The notes: generated by a model from the letters alone, not told the origin. A DNA stretch of 64,000 bases from Chthoniobacterales bacterium (GCA_038207335.1 JBBQZX010000005.1:64001-128000); one strand, 5' to 3'. Numbered from the stretch's first letter, positions 51,663 through 62,195 are shown. A program made the numbers and translations.

Positions 51663-52562
51663 TCACCACTTTTTGCGTGAGCGGAGGTAGGCGCGGAGCG
51701 CGATGGCCGTGGCATTCACGAGCAGCACGGCGCAGAGCAGGACGGTGGCGATGGCGTAGGGCAGCGATTTCGCCGCGCCGCTCGCCTGGGTGGCGATGTA
51801 GTAGAGGTGCATCGAGAGGGCCATGCACTGGTCTTTGAATGGCGAATACAAAAACAGCCCCGTGCCCTCGACAGCTTTGTAAGTCGCGACGCCGGTGAGC
51901 ATGACCGGCGCGGTTTCACCTGCGGTGCGGCTGACTTGCAGGATAACGCCAGTGAGGATGCCGCTGATCGAATTCGGCAGAACGATCGCGCGGATCGTCT
52001 GCCAGCGGGTCGCGCCGACGTTCCAACACGCTTCGCGAAACTGCATCGGCACACTCGCGAGCGCTTCTTTCGTCGAGGCGATGATGACTGGGAGCGTCAT
52101 GATCGCGAGCGTGAGAGACGCGGCGAAGATGCTTTTTCCAAACTGCATCGCATACACGAAAGCGCCGAGACCGAAGAGCCCGTGGACGATGCTGGGTACG
52201 CCCGCGAGGTTGACGACCGCGAGATTTACGATGCGCGTAAACCAGCTTTCGCGCGCGTATTCGTTCAAATAGACAGCTGCCAAAACGCCGATGGGTGCAC
52301 TGAGGCAGAGCGAGATGACGACGATGTAAATAGTGCCGACGAGCGCCGACCAGATACCGCCGCGGACGCCGCCCGCGCGCGGATTTTCGGTCAGGAATTC
52401 CCATGACAACGACGGCATCCCTTTGCTCACGACATAGATCACAATGAGGATGAGCGGCACCACCATCGCGAGCGCCATGAGACCAAGCACGGTCTGCGCG
52501 ATGCGCTCTTGGCGCTGCTTGCGGCGGACGGCGGGCGTGGTGGTGAAGCGGGCGGCGCTCAT
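51663..52562 (-). CDS. pstA: phosphate ABC transporter permease PstA
   Basis: AVYLNEY, LAGVPSIVHGLFG, REA...GATRWQT, RTAGETAP. Confidence 0.93.
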   Translation of the reverse strand: MSAARFTTTPAVRRKQRQERIAQTVLGLMALAMVVPLILIVIYVVSKGMPSLSWEFLTENPRAGGVRGGIWSALVGTIYIVVISLCLSAPIGVLAAVYLNEYARESWFTRIVNLAVVNLAGVPSIVHGLFGLGAFVYAMQFGKSIFAASLTLAIMTLPVIIASTKEALASVPMQFREACWNVGATRWQTIRAIVLPNSISGILTGVILQVSRTAGETAPVMLTGVATYKAVEGTGLFLYSPFKDQCMALSMHLYYIATQASGAAKSLPYAIATVLLCAVLLVNATAIALRAYLRSRKKW

Positions 52563-53512
52563 TTGCGGCGCACTCCTTTCACGATGAGATCGGCGGTGAG
52601 ATTGACCACGAAGGTGATCGAGAAGAGCAGGATGCCGATGAGGAAAAGCACCTGGTAGTGGTCCGAGCCTTTGCTCGTCTCGCCGAGTTCCGCGGCGATC
52701 GTGGCGGTGAGCGTGCGGACGGGATCGAAGATGCTGTGCGGGATGCGGATCGAGTGGCCGGTGGCCATGAGCACTGCCATCGTCTCGCCGATCGCGCGGC
52801 CCACGCCGAGCAGCACGGCGGCGAGCAGGCCGTTCTTTGCCGCGGGCAAAAGCACGCGATGAACGATCTGCCAGCGGGTGGCGCCGAGCGCGAGCGCCGC
52901 CTCGCGAAAACTGTCTGGCACAGCTTTCAGCGCGTCCTCGCCGATGCTCACCATGATCGGCACGGACATGAGCGCGAGCAGGATCGCGCCATTAAACATA
53001 TTCACGCCGATGGGCACATGCGCGAACTCGATGAGCAGCGGCGACATGACGCTGAGCCCGATGAAACCCCACACGACGCTCGGGATCGCAGCGAGCAGCT
53101 CGATCACGACTTTCAGCGTTTCCTTCGCGCGGCCCGTGCAAAACTCCGACACGAAAATCGCCGCGCCGAGCCCGAACGGCACAGCCATGAGCATCGCCAA
53201 CGCGGTGACGCTGAGCGTGCCGACGATGAGCGCGCCGACTCCGTATTGCGGGTTCGTCTGCGAGGTCGGGATCCACTTTATGGAAAAGAGGAACTGCCCG
53301 AAGTCTAGCTTCGAGAGGAACGGCGCGCCCTCGCGGAGGACAAAGAAGAAGATGCTGAAAACGAAGACGATCGCGCTGATGCCGCAGAGCCGGATGACCA
53401 GCTCGAGCACACGCTCGCCGACCAGCGCGAGCGTGCTGCGACCGGGCATGACAGCGCGGCGCGGCGTTGCCGGGGCGGCGTCGGAGGCTGTGCGTTCGTC
53501 GTCGGGAGCCAT
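52559..53512 (-). CDS. pstC: phosphate ABC transporter permease PstC
   Basis: ELLAAIPSVVWG, REAALALGATRW, GRAIGETMAV. Confidence 0.94.
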   Translation of the reverse strand: MAPDDERTASDAAPATPRRAVMPGRSTLALVGERVLELVIRLCGISAIVFVFSIFFFVLREGAPFLSKLDFGQFLFSIKWIPTSQTNPQYGVGALIVGTLSVTALAMLMAVPFGLGAAIFVSEFCTGRAKETLKVVIELLAAIPSVVWGFIGLSVMSPLLIEFAHVPIGVNMFNGAILLALMSVPIMVSIGEDALKAVPDSFREAALALGATRWQIVHRVLLPAAKNGLLAAVLLGVGRAIGETMAVLMATGHSIRIPHSIFDPVRTLTATIAAELGETSKGSDHYQVLFLIGILLFSITFVVNLTADLIVKGVRRK

Positions 53513-53555
53513 ACTCGCAGGCTGCTCGGAGCGCGGGCTCCGTGCGGTGGGCGCG

Positions 53556-54458
53556 CTATTTCGGGAGCGGCACGTAGCCGGTCTGCTTCACGATCGCCTG
53601 GCCCGCGTCGCTGTGAATCCAGTCGAGATACTTCTTCACCGCCGCGGTCGGCTCTCCTGCGGTGTACATGAAGAGCGGGCGCGCGATCGGGTAGGTTTTG
53701 TCCAGTGTCGTCTCGATCGAAGGCGTCACGGAAGGCTCGCCTGTTTTTTTGGAAACTTTGATCTGCTTCACGTCGGGCGTGGCGTATCCCATGCCGGAGT
53801 AGCCGATCGCGCCGGGCGTTTTTGCGATGAGTTCCACCACGTCTTTGCTGCCGTTCATGTCGAGTGTGCCCTGCTTGTATTCGCTTTTTTTACCGATGAT
53901 CGCCTCTTTGAAATAGTGATATGTCCCCGAGTTGTTCTGCCGGCTGACGCGCACGATTTCGTCGCTTTTCTCGCCGCCGGGCACGGTGACTCCGAGTTGA
54001 CTCCATTTCGTGATCGTGCCGTTGTCGCGATAGATTTCGCCGAGCTGCTCGAGCGAGATTTCATTCAGCGGATTGTCCTTGTGAATGAAAATCGAGAGCG
54101 CGTCGTAGCCGACCATGAATTCCTTCGGCTCCACGTTCCGCTTCTCTTTCAGCTCGGCGACTTCCTTTTCCTCGAATGTGCGCGAGCAGTTCGCGATGTC
54201 GCAGGTGCCTTGGATCAGCGCCGCCGTGCCGGTGCCCGATCCGCCGCCATTCACTTCGACCGAAACGGTGGGCTCGACGTGCCCGTAAGCCTCCGCCCAC
54301 GCGATCGCGAGGTTCACCATCGTGTCGGAGCCGATGTTCGTGATCGTGGTTTTCTTGCCACCTCCCGCCGAGCTCGCGTCGCCGGATTTGTTACATGCAG
54401 TGAGCGTGAACGCGAACACGGCAAGCGCGGCGCAGGTTAGTTTCAGGGTGGTTTTCAT
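53556..54458 (-). CDS. pstS: phosphate-binding lipoprotein PstS
   Basis: Lipobox LTAC, GSDTM, GGGSGTG, SRQNNSGT, YPIARPLFMY. Confidence 0.93.
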   Translation of the reverse strand: MKTTLKLTCAALAVFAFTLTACNKSGDASSAGGGKKTTITNIGSDTMVNLAIAWAEAYGHVEPTVSVEVNGGGSGTGTAALIQGTCDIANCSRTFEEKEVAELKEKRNVEPKEFMVGYDALSIFIHKDNPLNEISLEQLGEIYRDNGTITKWSQLGVTVPGGEKSDEIVRVSRQNNSGTYHYFKEAIIGKKSEYKQGTLDMNGSKDVVELIAKTPGAIGYSGMGYATPDVKQIKVSKKTGEPSVTPSIETTLDKTYPIARPLFMYTAGEPTAAVKKYLDWIHSDAGQAIVKQTGYVPLPK

Positions 54459-54480
54459 GGGTATGTTTTGGTGTGGAGAT

Positions 54481-55581
54481 TTAGGGAATGCGGTCGGCGA
54501 GCACGGCTTTGCAGAGATCGGAGATATGCTGTTTTAGAAAGTCGAACGTCGCCGCGTAGGCACCCGCTTTTTCCTCGCCGGAGAGGTCTGCGCCGCCCGG
54601 ATTCGGAAGCCCGCTCCAGTCGAGGCAGACGGCTTTTCGCACGGAGGAAAATGCGCGCTTCGCATCGGGCGTGAGCGCGACGAGGATTTGCGTGTGCTCG
54701 AGATTCGGCAGTTGATCGATCGAGTGCGTCGTGGTCCGCGAGACGTCGATTTCTTTCTCCACGAGAAACTGAATCGCACCCGGATCGACCTGCCCCGCGG
54801 TGATTCCCGCGCTCGCAAAAACGAAGAGAGGCAGATTCAGCGAATGCCCGATCGCCTCGGCCATCTGGCTCGCGCAGCCGTTGTCGTCATCGACGAAAAC
54901 CATGCGCCACACATCTCCGCCGAGGTGCTTCGAGTGCTCGCCGGTCGTCATGTAAATGACCTCCTCGCAGATATTCTGAGCCTGGTCGGTCACGCGCTCG
55001 AAGCGCCGCGCGACTGTCATCAGCGGCGTGAGCGCCTTGAGCGGCAGCTTGCCGTCGTGGCGCAGCGCGAAGAGCTCGGCATTGATCGTCGATTTCAGAC
55101 CATCCACCTCGTCCTCCACGGCCATCGTGCGGCGCGCGAGTTCGACATCCTCGGTGAGAAAAGCGCGCACCGCATCGCGCAGCATCGGGATGCTCAGCGA
55201 AGCGATTTGCTCGAATCGCGCGAGCGGAAATTCGCAGTCGAATGCCGATAATTTCAGCACTTGCCGCGCGATGCTTTCCGCGTAGTCGCCGATACGCTCG
55301 ATGTCTTGGTTGATCTTGATCGCGATGTAGGCGAAGCGCAGTTGCAGGGCGACGGGCTGCTGGCGCACGAGGAATTCGAGGCACAGCCGGTCGATTTCCA
55401 GTTCCAGCTCATCGATGCGCCGGTCGCGCAAAATCACCGTGTAGGCGAGTTGCCGGTCGCGATTTGAAAATGCGCGCAACACGGCTTCCAGCGCGTCGGT
55501 CGCGAGATTCGCCATGTCCGAGATGCGGCCGCGGATGCGGTCGATGTCGCGCTGCATGGATGCTTCGTAGTAAGAGGCCAT
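54481..55581 (-). CDS. phoU: PhoU fused to a C-terminal LMW-PTP/ArsC-like domain
   Basis: D..IDELE, RQQPVA..LR, DIERIGDYA, ERVTD..QNICEEVIY. Then VFVDDDNGCASQMAEA, SAG, VDPGA, WSGLPNP. ATG at 55581. Confidence 0.9.
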   Translation of the reverse strand: MASYYEASMQRDIDRIRGRISDMANLATDALEAVLRAFSNRDRQLAYTVILRDRRIDELELEIDRLCLEFLVRQQPVALQLRFAYIAIKINQDIERIGDYAESIARQVLKLSAFDCEFPLARFEQIASLSIPMLRDAVRAFLTEDVELARRTMAVEDEVDGLKSTINAELFALRHDGKLPLKALTPLMTVARRFERVTDQAQNICEEVIYMTTGEHSKHLGGDVWRMVFVDDDNGCASQMAEAIGHSLNLPLFVFASAGITAGQVDPGAIQFLVEKEIDVSRTTTHSIDQLPNLEHTQILVALTPDAKRAFSSVRKAVCLDWSGLPNPGGADLSGEEKAGAYAATFDFLKQHISDLCKAVLADRIP

Positions 55582-55656
55582 TCGGGTGGATGGGTAGGGA
55601 AACCAAGCGGGTGATCCAAGGCAAACGCGAATCAAATATCCGCCGTTTTCCAAAAC

Positions 55657-55683
55657 GTCACGATTTCGCCACGCGATTGTGAC
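55657..55683 (-). promoter_or_regulatory. putative Pho-box-like repeats upstream of phoU-pst
   Basis: Plus-strand GTCAC 55657, GCCAC 55668 and GTGAC 55679, at 11-bp spacing. Confidence 0.4.
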
Positions 55684-55823
55684 ATTTGTCGCCCGTCTCT
55701 TTTCCCACGACCGAGAGGCTCGCGTTGAAATTCGGAAAAGCCTTGCGCGTCCACGCCATCGACGGATACCCGAACCCATCGTCGCCGCACAACAGGTACA
55801 CTCGATTTTCTAGCACGCCTTCA

Positions 55824-56612
55824 ATGGAAACGCACGCCCCACAACGCTTCAATGTCCTCGGCATCGGTGTCAGCGCGATTCATTTGGAAAGTGCCGTCGC
55901 CGCAGTTCTCGCAGCGACCGCTGCCCGGCGAAAAGGATACGTCTGCGTGACCGGCGTGCATGGAGTGATCGAGGCACAAGACGACCCGGACTTTCGCGAA
56001 ATCCTCAACCGCGCATTTCTGGTGACCCCCGACGGGATGCCGCTCGCGTGGCTGGGAAAGTTAAAATTCGGCGCGCGGGTGGATCGAGTCTATGGTCCCG
56101 ATTTGATGCTCGCCGTGCTCGAAGCGACACGGGCAAAAACGTGCCGACATTTTTTTTACGGCGGCGCGCCCGGTGTCGCCGAAGACTTGAAAACGCGGCT
56201 CGAAACGCGGCTGCCCGGCGTGCAAATCGTGGGTACTTTTTGCCCGCCTTTTCGCCCGCTCGATGCGGCGGAACAGGCCGAACTGATCGCGCTCGTGGCG
56301 GAGAAAACGCCCGACATCATTTGGGTCGGCCTCAGCACGCCGAAGCAGGAGCGCTTCATGGCGGAATATCTCCCGCGACTCAATACGACGCTCATGTTCG
56401 GCGTCGGCGCGGCATTCGATTTTCATTCCGGCCGGGTCCGGCAAGCGCCGCGCTGGATTCAGCGCTCTGGCTTCGAGTGGCTTTTCCGCACGATCTGCGA
56501 GCCGCGCCGCCTCGCGCGCCGCTACCTGGTGAACAATCCGCGTTTCCTGTTTCGCATCGCCGCGCAGCTTCTCCACCTCCGGCACTATCCGCTTGAAGGA
56601 GTCGTCAACTGA
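55824..56612 (+). CDS. WecB/TagA/CpsF family glycosyltransferase (GT26)
   Basis: PDGMPL, RVYGPDL, WVGLSTPKQE, GVGAAFDF, RQAP.WIQ..GFEWLFR...EPRRL..RY. ATG 55824. Confidence 0.93.
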   Translation: METHAPQRFNVLGIGVSAIHLESAVAAVLAATAARRKGYVCVTGVHGVIEAQDDPDFREILNRAFLVTPDGMPLAWLGKLKFGARVDRVYGPDLMLAVLEATRAKTCRHFFYGGAPGVAEDLKTRLETRLPGVQIVGTFCPPFRPLDAAEQAELIALVAEKTPDIIWVGLSTPKQERFMAEYLPRLNTTLMFGVGAAFDFHSGRVRQAPRWIQRSGFEWLFRTICEPRRLARRYLVNNPRFLFRIAAQLLHLRHYPLEGVVN

Positions 56613-56647
56613 GAGACATTCGCCGACCCATCACCCCACCCTTTTTC

Positions 56648-57652
56648 ATGAATAAAATACTCGTTTGCGGCGCAGGTGGATTCATCGGCGGACATCTCGT
56701 TGCGGACCTTCGTCGGCAAGGTTTTACCGATATTCGGGCTGTCGATCAGAAACCGCTCGACGCGTGGTATCAACGGTTCGACGACGTCGAAAATCTCTCG
56801 CTCGATCTCTCGCGGCTCGACGCCTGCGAGACTGCTGTGAACGGCGCGGACGTCGTTTACAACCTCGCCGCCGACATGGGCGGGATGGGCTTCATCGAAC
56901 TAAACAAAGCGCTCTGCATGCTCACCGTCTTGATCAATACGCACCTGCTCATGGCGGCGCGAAAATTCGGAGTCGGCCGCTTTTTCTACTCCTCCAGCGC
57001 GTGCGTGTACAACGCCGACAAGCAGCGCGATCCAAACGTCACCGCGCTGAAAGAAGAAGATGCCTATCCCGCGCTGCCCGAGGACGGCTACGGCTGGGAG
57101 AAGCTCTTCAGCGAGCGGATGTGCCGTCATTTTCGCGAAGATTTCGGCGTCCAGACGCGCATCGCCCGCTACCACAATGTCTATGGTCCGCACGGCACTT
57201 ACGACGGCGGGCGGGAGAAGGCTCCGGCTGCAGTTTGCCGCAAGGTCATCGACGCGAAACTGAGCGGAAAACACGAAATCGAAATCTGGGGCGACGGGCA
57301 TCAGACGCGGAGTTTCATGTATATCGACGACTGCCTGCACGGCTCGCAGATGCTCACCAACAGCGACTTTCTCGAGCCAATCAACATCGGCAGCAGCGAA
57401 CTCGTCTCGATCAATCAACTCGTCTCGATGGTCGAGGACATCGCCGGGATCACGCTCGAGAGGCGGTACAATCTCTCCGCTCCGAAAGGCGTCAATGGCC
57501 GCAACAGCGACAACACGCTGATCCAAAAAGTCTTCGGCTGGGAGCCCTCGACGAGACTGCGCGTGGGGATGGAAAAAACGTATGCGTGGATTCTGGACGA
57601 GATCATGAAGGCTCGTGCCACCGGGCGTGCGGCCGTCGTGAACGTCGCGTAG
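56648..57652 (+). CDS. NAD-dependent epimerase, GDP-mannose 3,5-epimerase-like
   Basis: GAGGFIG, AADMGGMGFI, SSACVY, YGWEK, GGREKAPAA, GRNSDN. Confidence 0.85.
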   Translation: MNKILVCGAGGFIGGHLVADLRRQGFTDIRAVDQKPLDAWYQRFDDVENLSLDLSRLDACETAVNGADVVYNLAADMGGMGFIELNKALCMLTVLINTHLLMAARKFGVGRFFYSSSACVYNADKQRDPNVTALKEEDAYPALPEDGYGWEKLFSERMCRHFREDFGVQTRIARYHNVYGPHGTYDGGREKAPAAVCRKVIDAKLSGKHEIEIWGDGHQTRSFMYIDDCLHGSQMLTNSDFLEPINIGSSELVSINQLVSMVEDIAGITLERRYNLSAPKGVNGRNSDNTLIQKVFGWEPSTRLRVGMEKTYAWILDEIMKARATGRAAVVNVA

Positions 57653-57724
57653 TTTTCGCGCCTGCGCCCGACTGCGAGAGCGCCTTTGACCGCCCGCGCA
57701 TCGCGAATAGATTGCGACTCCCTC

Positions 57725-58741
57725 ATGCCGGAGCCTGCCCCATCCCAGCCTGTTGCTTCGCCGACGTTCGGTGAAGTGTCGCGACGTTTCATCGAGTGGG
57801 TGCGCGCGCGTCCGCTCGATGCGCTTCTGTGGGCCGCGATCTTCGGCGCGCTCATTTACTTTTTCGGGTTCTTCAAAATCTTCAATAACGGCGACCTCTC
57901 CGCAGCGGTGTGGGCATGGAGCGCGTGGAATCCCGAGAACAATCAGGAGCACTCTGTCGTCATCCTGCCCGTCGCGATTTTCCTCCTCTGGTATCACCGC
58001 GACCGACTCTCCGCCGCGCCGAAGCAGCCCTCGAATGCCGGCCTCGCCATCGCAGCCGCCGGCATCCTCGCGTTTCTCCTCGCCGCCCGCACTCTTCAGC
58101 CGCGCATTGCGGTTTTCGCCCTCCCGCTCATCATCCTCGGTGGCGTCTGGTTCCTGTGGGGGCGGGCCGTCGCGCGCGTCTTTTTATTCCCGTGCGTCTT
58201 CCTGCTTTTCATGATCCCCATCGGCGGCCTCGTGCAGGGCACCGTCTCGCTCCAGCTCCTCGTCTCATCGGTCTGCAATACGCTCGCCAGCCTCATCGGC
58301 GTGAAAATCGAGATCAGCGGCACCACGATCCGCTCGCTTGACGGCAGCTTCAATTTCGAGATCGCCGAAGGCTGCAGCGGCATCCGTTCGCTCATGGCCA
58401 TGATGACCCTCACCGCCCTCTACGTGCATTTCACGCAGCGGCTTTTGTGGAAAAAAGCCGCCATCTTCTGTGCCTCGCTCGTCTTCGCCGTGATCGGGAA
58501 TATTGGCCGCATCTTCACCGTCATCCTCGTCGCGAAATTCATCAGTCCGAAACTCGCGAGCGGGCTTTACCACGACTATTCCGGCTTCGTTTTCTTCCCC
58601 ATCGCGGTCGGTGCGATGGTCGCCTTTGGCAATCTGCTGAACCTCGACTGGAGCAAAATCGCGGCGTCAGCCACAAAGACCGAGCCTCCTCAGATCGATG
58701 CCAGCGGCAAGCCCACCGCGCCGATTTCGTATGACTACTAA
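57725..58741 (+). CDS. exosortase (PEP-CTERM sorting transpeptidase)
   Basis: Multi-TM protein with catalytic triad motifs EGCSGIRS (Cys), NIGRI (Arg) and YHD (His). Confidence 0.92.
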   Translation: MPEPAPSQPVASPTFGEVSRRFIEWVRARPLDALLWAAIFGALIYFFGFFKIFNNGDLSAAVWAWSAWNPENNQEHSVVILPVAIFLLWYHRDRLSAAPKQPSNAGLAIAAAGILAFLLAARTLQPRIAVFALPLIILGGVWFLWGRAVARVFLFPCVFLLFMIPIGGLVQGTVSLQLLVSSVCNTLASLIGVKIEISGTTIRSLDGSFNFEIAEGCSGIRSLMAMMTLTALYVHFTQRLLWKKAAIFCASLVFAVIGNIGRIFTVILVAKFISPKLASGLYHDYSGFVFFPIAVGAMVAFGNLLNLDWSKIAASATKTEPPQIDASGKPTAPISYDY

Positions 58742-59414
58742 CCGCCTCGCGATCCTCCTCGCAGTCCTGCTGGCGGGCCTCAGCGGCGTCTTCCTGCTGC
58801 CGAGACAACTCAACTTCCAGCCCGTCGGGATCTCGCTAAATCTGCCGAGCCACATCGACGAATGGTGGGGCATCGACGTCGCCGTCACAGACCGTGAAAA
58901 GCAAATCCTCGGTCCAGAGACGGAGTTCGCGCGAAAGGGATACACCAATGGCCGCGGCGACGAAATCCTCGCCTCCATCGTCCTTGCCGGGCAGGATATG
59001 AACACCGGCATCCACCGCCCCGAGCGCTGCCTGCCCGCCCAGGGCTGGACCATTACGAACAAAGCCACGCGCATCATCCCGCTCGCAGAGCGCGGCACCC
59101 TCAGCGTCACGCGCCTGCGCAATCTACGCAGCGCGAAAGACGCGCGCGGAAACCCCATCCAGATCTACAACCTCGATTACTACTGGTTCGTCGGGCACAA
59201 CGTCACCACCGGCTCCCACTTCGACCGCACCCTCATCGACATCCGCGACCGCCTCTTCCTCGGCTACAACCAGCGCTGGGCCTACGTCACCATCGCCGCA
59301 AACGTGCAAAACGGTGCCTTCGCCCACGACGAAAAGGAACTCGACGCGATGATCCAGGAGTTCATCCGCAAGCTCGTGCCGCTGGTGGAAAAAGAGTCGG
59401 TCGTCAACGGCTGA
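58731..59414 (+). CDS. exosortase-associated EpsI family protein
   Basis: N-terminal TM, IHRPERCLPAQGW, YYWF. Overlaps the exosortase stop. Confidence 0.88.
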   Translation: MTTNRLAILLAVLLAGLSGVFLLPRQLNFQPVGISLNLPSHIDEWWGIDVAVTDREKQILGPETEFARKGYTNGRGDEILASIVLAGQDMNTGIHRPERCLPAQGWTITNKATRIIPLAERGTLSVTRLRNLRSAKDARGNPIQIYNLDYYWFVGHNVTTGSHFDRTLIDIRDRLFLGYNQRWAYVTIAANVQNGAFAHDEKELDAMIQEFIRKLVPLVEKESVVNG

Positions 59415-59423
59415 CCCCCCGTC

Positions 59424-60398
59424 TCACTCCCCGGACTCCAGTTTCCGGCGCAGCTCCTTCAGCTTCTCCCTCTCCGCATCCGTGCGGTACTGCATCTCCC
59501 GGCGCGCCGCCTCATCCCGCGGGCCGAAGCGCCCAAACGCCTTCGCCCCGTGATCCCGCTCCGCCAGCCATTGGCGCTGACCCTCCCGGAGCGAGGGCCG
59601 CGACTTCTCCGGCAGCCCATCGCGGTATTTTTGGTAAGCCCCATTCAGCTCCCGGTCCACCGCATCCAGCCTCCCCTGCATCACAGCCTCCGCCGGCAGC
59701 GCGTCCACCGACTCCGCCGAGACCAGTTCATACGCCGGATCATCTTCAAATTGTCCACTCCAGCGCCTTCCCGCGCGCTTGTTGTAATCTCGCAAATACT
59801 CACTCACCTCCCACCGCCCTCCGCGCACATTATAATACGCGCCCCAGTGATACACCCCCTCGCCGCCCCTCTCCCCGGCGCGCACCGCATACAGCGCCCG
59901 CGCCCCATCGGGACTCCACGCGATGAAATCCACGATGCCGCGCGTCTCATCCTCCCGGGAGGCATCCGTCGCTCCCTTCCGCCCCGTCGAGCGGTCATAA
60001 AACTGCCAGAGAGACTGCCCGATCGTGCCCTTGTCATGCGCCGGCGCAAACTTCACGCCTTCCATCTGCCGGAACAGCTCCGCGGAAGCCATGCCAGAGC
60101 CGAGATGATACGTGGCGGCGATCCATCGGTCATCCGGTGAAAAAACAAAGCTCCCGGGCTGGGCGTCCCGGCTTTCCCCGAGGCGGGCGCGGAGCTTCGA
60201 GTCCGCGGCAGAGACCACCCACTCCTCCGATTTGTCGTCGCGGTCCGAGGCCTCGATCCACAGCTTCCCCGAGGGACTCGTCGCCACCGCAGGCAAGCCC
60301 TCCTTCTCACCCAAAGCCGTCCCGCAATGAGCCGCGCCGAAAAGCGCCAGCGTGAACACCAGGGGGCGGCACCCGTGTCGCGCAGCATAGCGTTTCAT
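59424..60398 (-). CDS. secreted protein with C-terminal LprI (DUF1311)-like domain
   Basis: Signal peptide, propeller-like FSPD/WSPD segments, DRELNGAY...LREGQRQWLAERD. Confidence 0.65.
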   Translation of the reverse strand: MKRYAARHGCRPLVFTLALFGAAHCGTALGEKEGLPAVATSPSGKLWIEASDRDDKSEEWVVSAADSKLRARLGESRDAQPGSFVFSPDDRWIAATYHLGSGMASAELFRQMEGVKFAPAHDKGTIGQSLWQFYDRSTGRKGATDASREDETRGIVDFIAWSPDGARALYAVRAGERGGEGVYHWGAYYNVRGGRWEVSEYLRDYNKRAGRRWSGQFEDDPAYELVSAESVDALPAEAVMQGRLDAVDRELNGAYQKYRDGLPEKSRPSLREGQRQWLAERDHGAKAFGRFGPRDEAARREMQYRTDAEREKLKELRRKLESGE

Positions 60399-60507
60399 GC
60401 CGAAAATCTTGGGCAAGCGTGCCCGCGAAACAATCCCGAAAAGTCCTCCGGTCTGCCATGTCGGAGAATGCTTGGCAGGCCATTGCGGATGCGGCTTTCA
60501 TTCTGGG

Positions 60508-61026
60508 ATGAAAGTGCGACTCCTCCTCGTTCTCTGTCTGCATTTCCTGTATCCCGGCGGAGCCACATCTGCGGAGAAAAGCGCGCCTCCGCCAGACGCA
60601 AAGCCCGGGATCGTCGAATACTTTCTCCGCCTGCCGAAAGACACCCTCGAAGCGCCGCCCAAAGCATGGCTCACCGACGCCGGGATCGACCGCGCCAATG
60701 GATTCATCGCCGTCGCGGGCGATGGCGCCCAGCCTTCCTTTCAAGTAGTCCTCTTTCGCTTTCGAGATGGCACGCCGCTCCTCGCCTTGGGTGAAGAGCA
60801 GCTCGAATCCGAATCTTCCCGGCTCATCTACCTCCGCTTCTTCACGCAGGCATGGGATGGAAACATGCGCGAGGTCAAGCGGTCCGAATTCCCCGAGAAA
60901 GCGGCTCAGCACCACTATTTTGAGCTGCCACATCACGGACGCACCATCGTCGTCCGGGACGAGCGAAGCGGTCGCGTTCTCCAGCGTCTCACATGGGATG
61001 GGTCGAAATTCCAACCCGCCCAATAA
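60508..61026 (+). CDS. hypothetical secreted protein
   Basis: Signal peptide MKVRLLLVLCLHFL, YFLRLP, ELPHHGRTI, LTWDGSKF. Confidence 0.6.
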   Translation: MKVRLLLVLCLHFLYPGGATSAEKSAPPPDAKPGIVEYFLRLPKDTLEAPPKAWLTDAGIDRANGFIAVAGDGAQPSFQVVLFRFRDGTPLLALGEEQLESESSRLIYLRFFTQAWDGNMREVKRSEFPEKAAQHHYFELPHHGRTIVVRDERSGRVLQRLTWDGSKFQPAQ

Positions 61027-61067
61027 ACCTAGAAACGTGCGCGACTCATCGCGCCGCTGGTCTGGAG

Positions 61068-62063
61068 CTACACTTTCCCCGCGATCACTTTCTCCAGCTT
61101 CACGATATCCACGGCGAATTTCCGGATGCCCTCGGCGGTTTTCTCCGTCGCCATCGCGTCGTCATTGAGCAGGTACCGGAAGGTCTTCTCGTCGATCTTC
61201 ACCCGCTCGATGTCCGCGTCTTTGGCAGCTGCGGCGTCGAGTTTCTTTTCCACGGTCTCGGTGCTGTCAGCGAGCTTCGCGAGCAGATCGGGGCTGATCG
61301 TGAGAAGGTCGCAGCCCGCCAGTTCGATGATCTGGCTCACATTGCGGAAGCTCGCGCCCATCACCTCGGTCTTGTGGCCGAACTTTTTATAGTAGTTGAA
61401 AATCTGCGCCACAGACTGAACGCCAGGGTCCTCCGCGCCTGTGTAGTCGCGCTTGTTCGCATTTTTAAACCAATCGTAAATCCGACCCACGAAAGGCGAG
61501 ATGAGCTGCACGTTTGCCTCGGCGCACGCGATCGCCTGCGCCAGTGAAAAGAGCAGCGTAAGGTTGCAGTGGATGCCCTCTTTCTCCAGCACCTCGGCGG
61601 CTTTGATGCCCTCCCACGTCGACGCAATTTTGATCAGCACGCGGTCGCGCGAGATGCCCGCCTTTTCATAGAGCGCGATGAGCTGCCGCCCCTTGTCGAT
61701 CGACCCCTGCGTGTCGAACGACAATCTTGCATCCGTCTCCGTGGAGACGCGACCCGGCACGATCTTCAAAATCTCGAGCCCAAAGGCGACGAGCACATTG
61801 TCGATGATGTCTTCGACCTGCGCCGCGCCGGTGAGGTCGACGCTTTTCCGGTCGGCGACGACTTTGTCCAAGATGTGCGCGTATTCCGCCTTTGTGGCCG
61901 CCTGCAAAATCAGGCTCGGATTCGTCGTCGCGTCCTGCGGGTGAAAGTCGCGCATCGACTCGAAATCACCGGTATCGGCGACGACTCTGGTGAATTTCTT
62001 GAGCTGCTCGAGTTGGCTCAGTTGCGTGTCGTTGGTCGGATTTTCAGCGGTCGCAGTGCTCAT
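61068..62063 (-). CDS. tal: transaldolase
   Basis: [58 protein letters not shown] at 62063. Confidence 0.96.
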   Translation of the reverse strand: MSTATAENPTNDTQLSQLEQLKKFTRVVADTGDFESMRDFHPQDATTNPSLILQAATKAEYAHILDKVVADRKSVDLTGAAQVEDIIDNVLVAFGLEILKIVPGRVSTETDARLSFDTQGSIDKGRQLIALYEKAGISRDRVLIKIASTWEGIKAAEVLEKEGIHCNLTLLFSLAQAIACAEANVQLISPFVGRIYDWFKNANKRDYTGAEDPGVQSVAQIFNYYKKFGHKTEVMGASFRNVSQIIELAGCDLLTISPDLLAKLADSTETVEKKLDAAAAKDADIERVKIDEKTFRYLLNDDAMATEKTAEGIRKFAVDIVKLEKVIAGKV

Positions 62064-62195
62064 AAGTAGGTCGCCCAGACTAGCGGCCACTAGGCTCTTG
62101 GCAAGACGCGGAAACGCCCGCCGGGAACGCACTCTTGCGGTGTCCTTCTCATCAGCGTTCGACGCGCGACGTTTTCCCAAATACCGTCCGCCGCC

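Noticed and set aside
52878..54440. 520-aa plus-strand ORF
   Set aside because: Antisense shadow of pstC/pstS.
49113..55700. tRNA-anchored genomic island
   Set aside because: No integrase and no duplicate of the tRNA 3' end seen. Composition looks like the surroundings.
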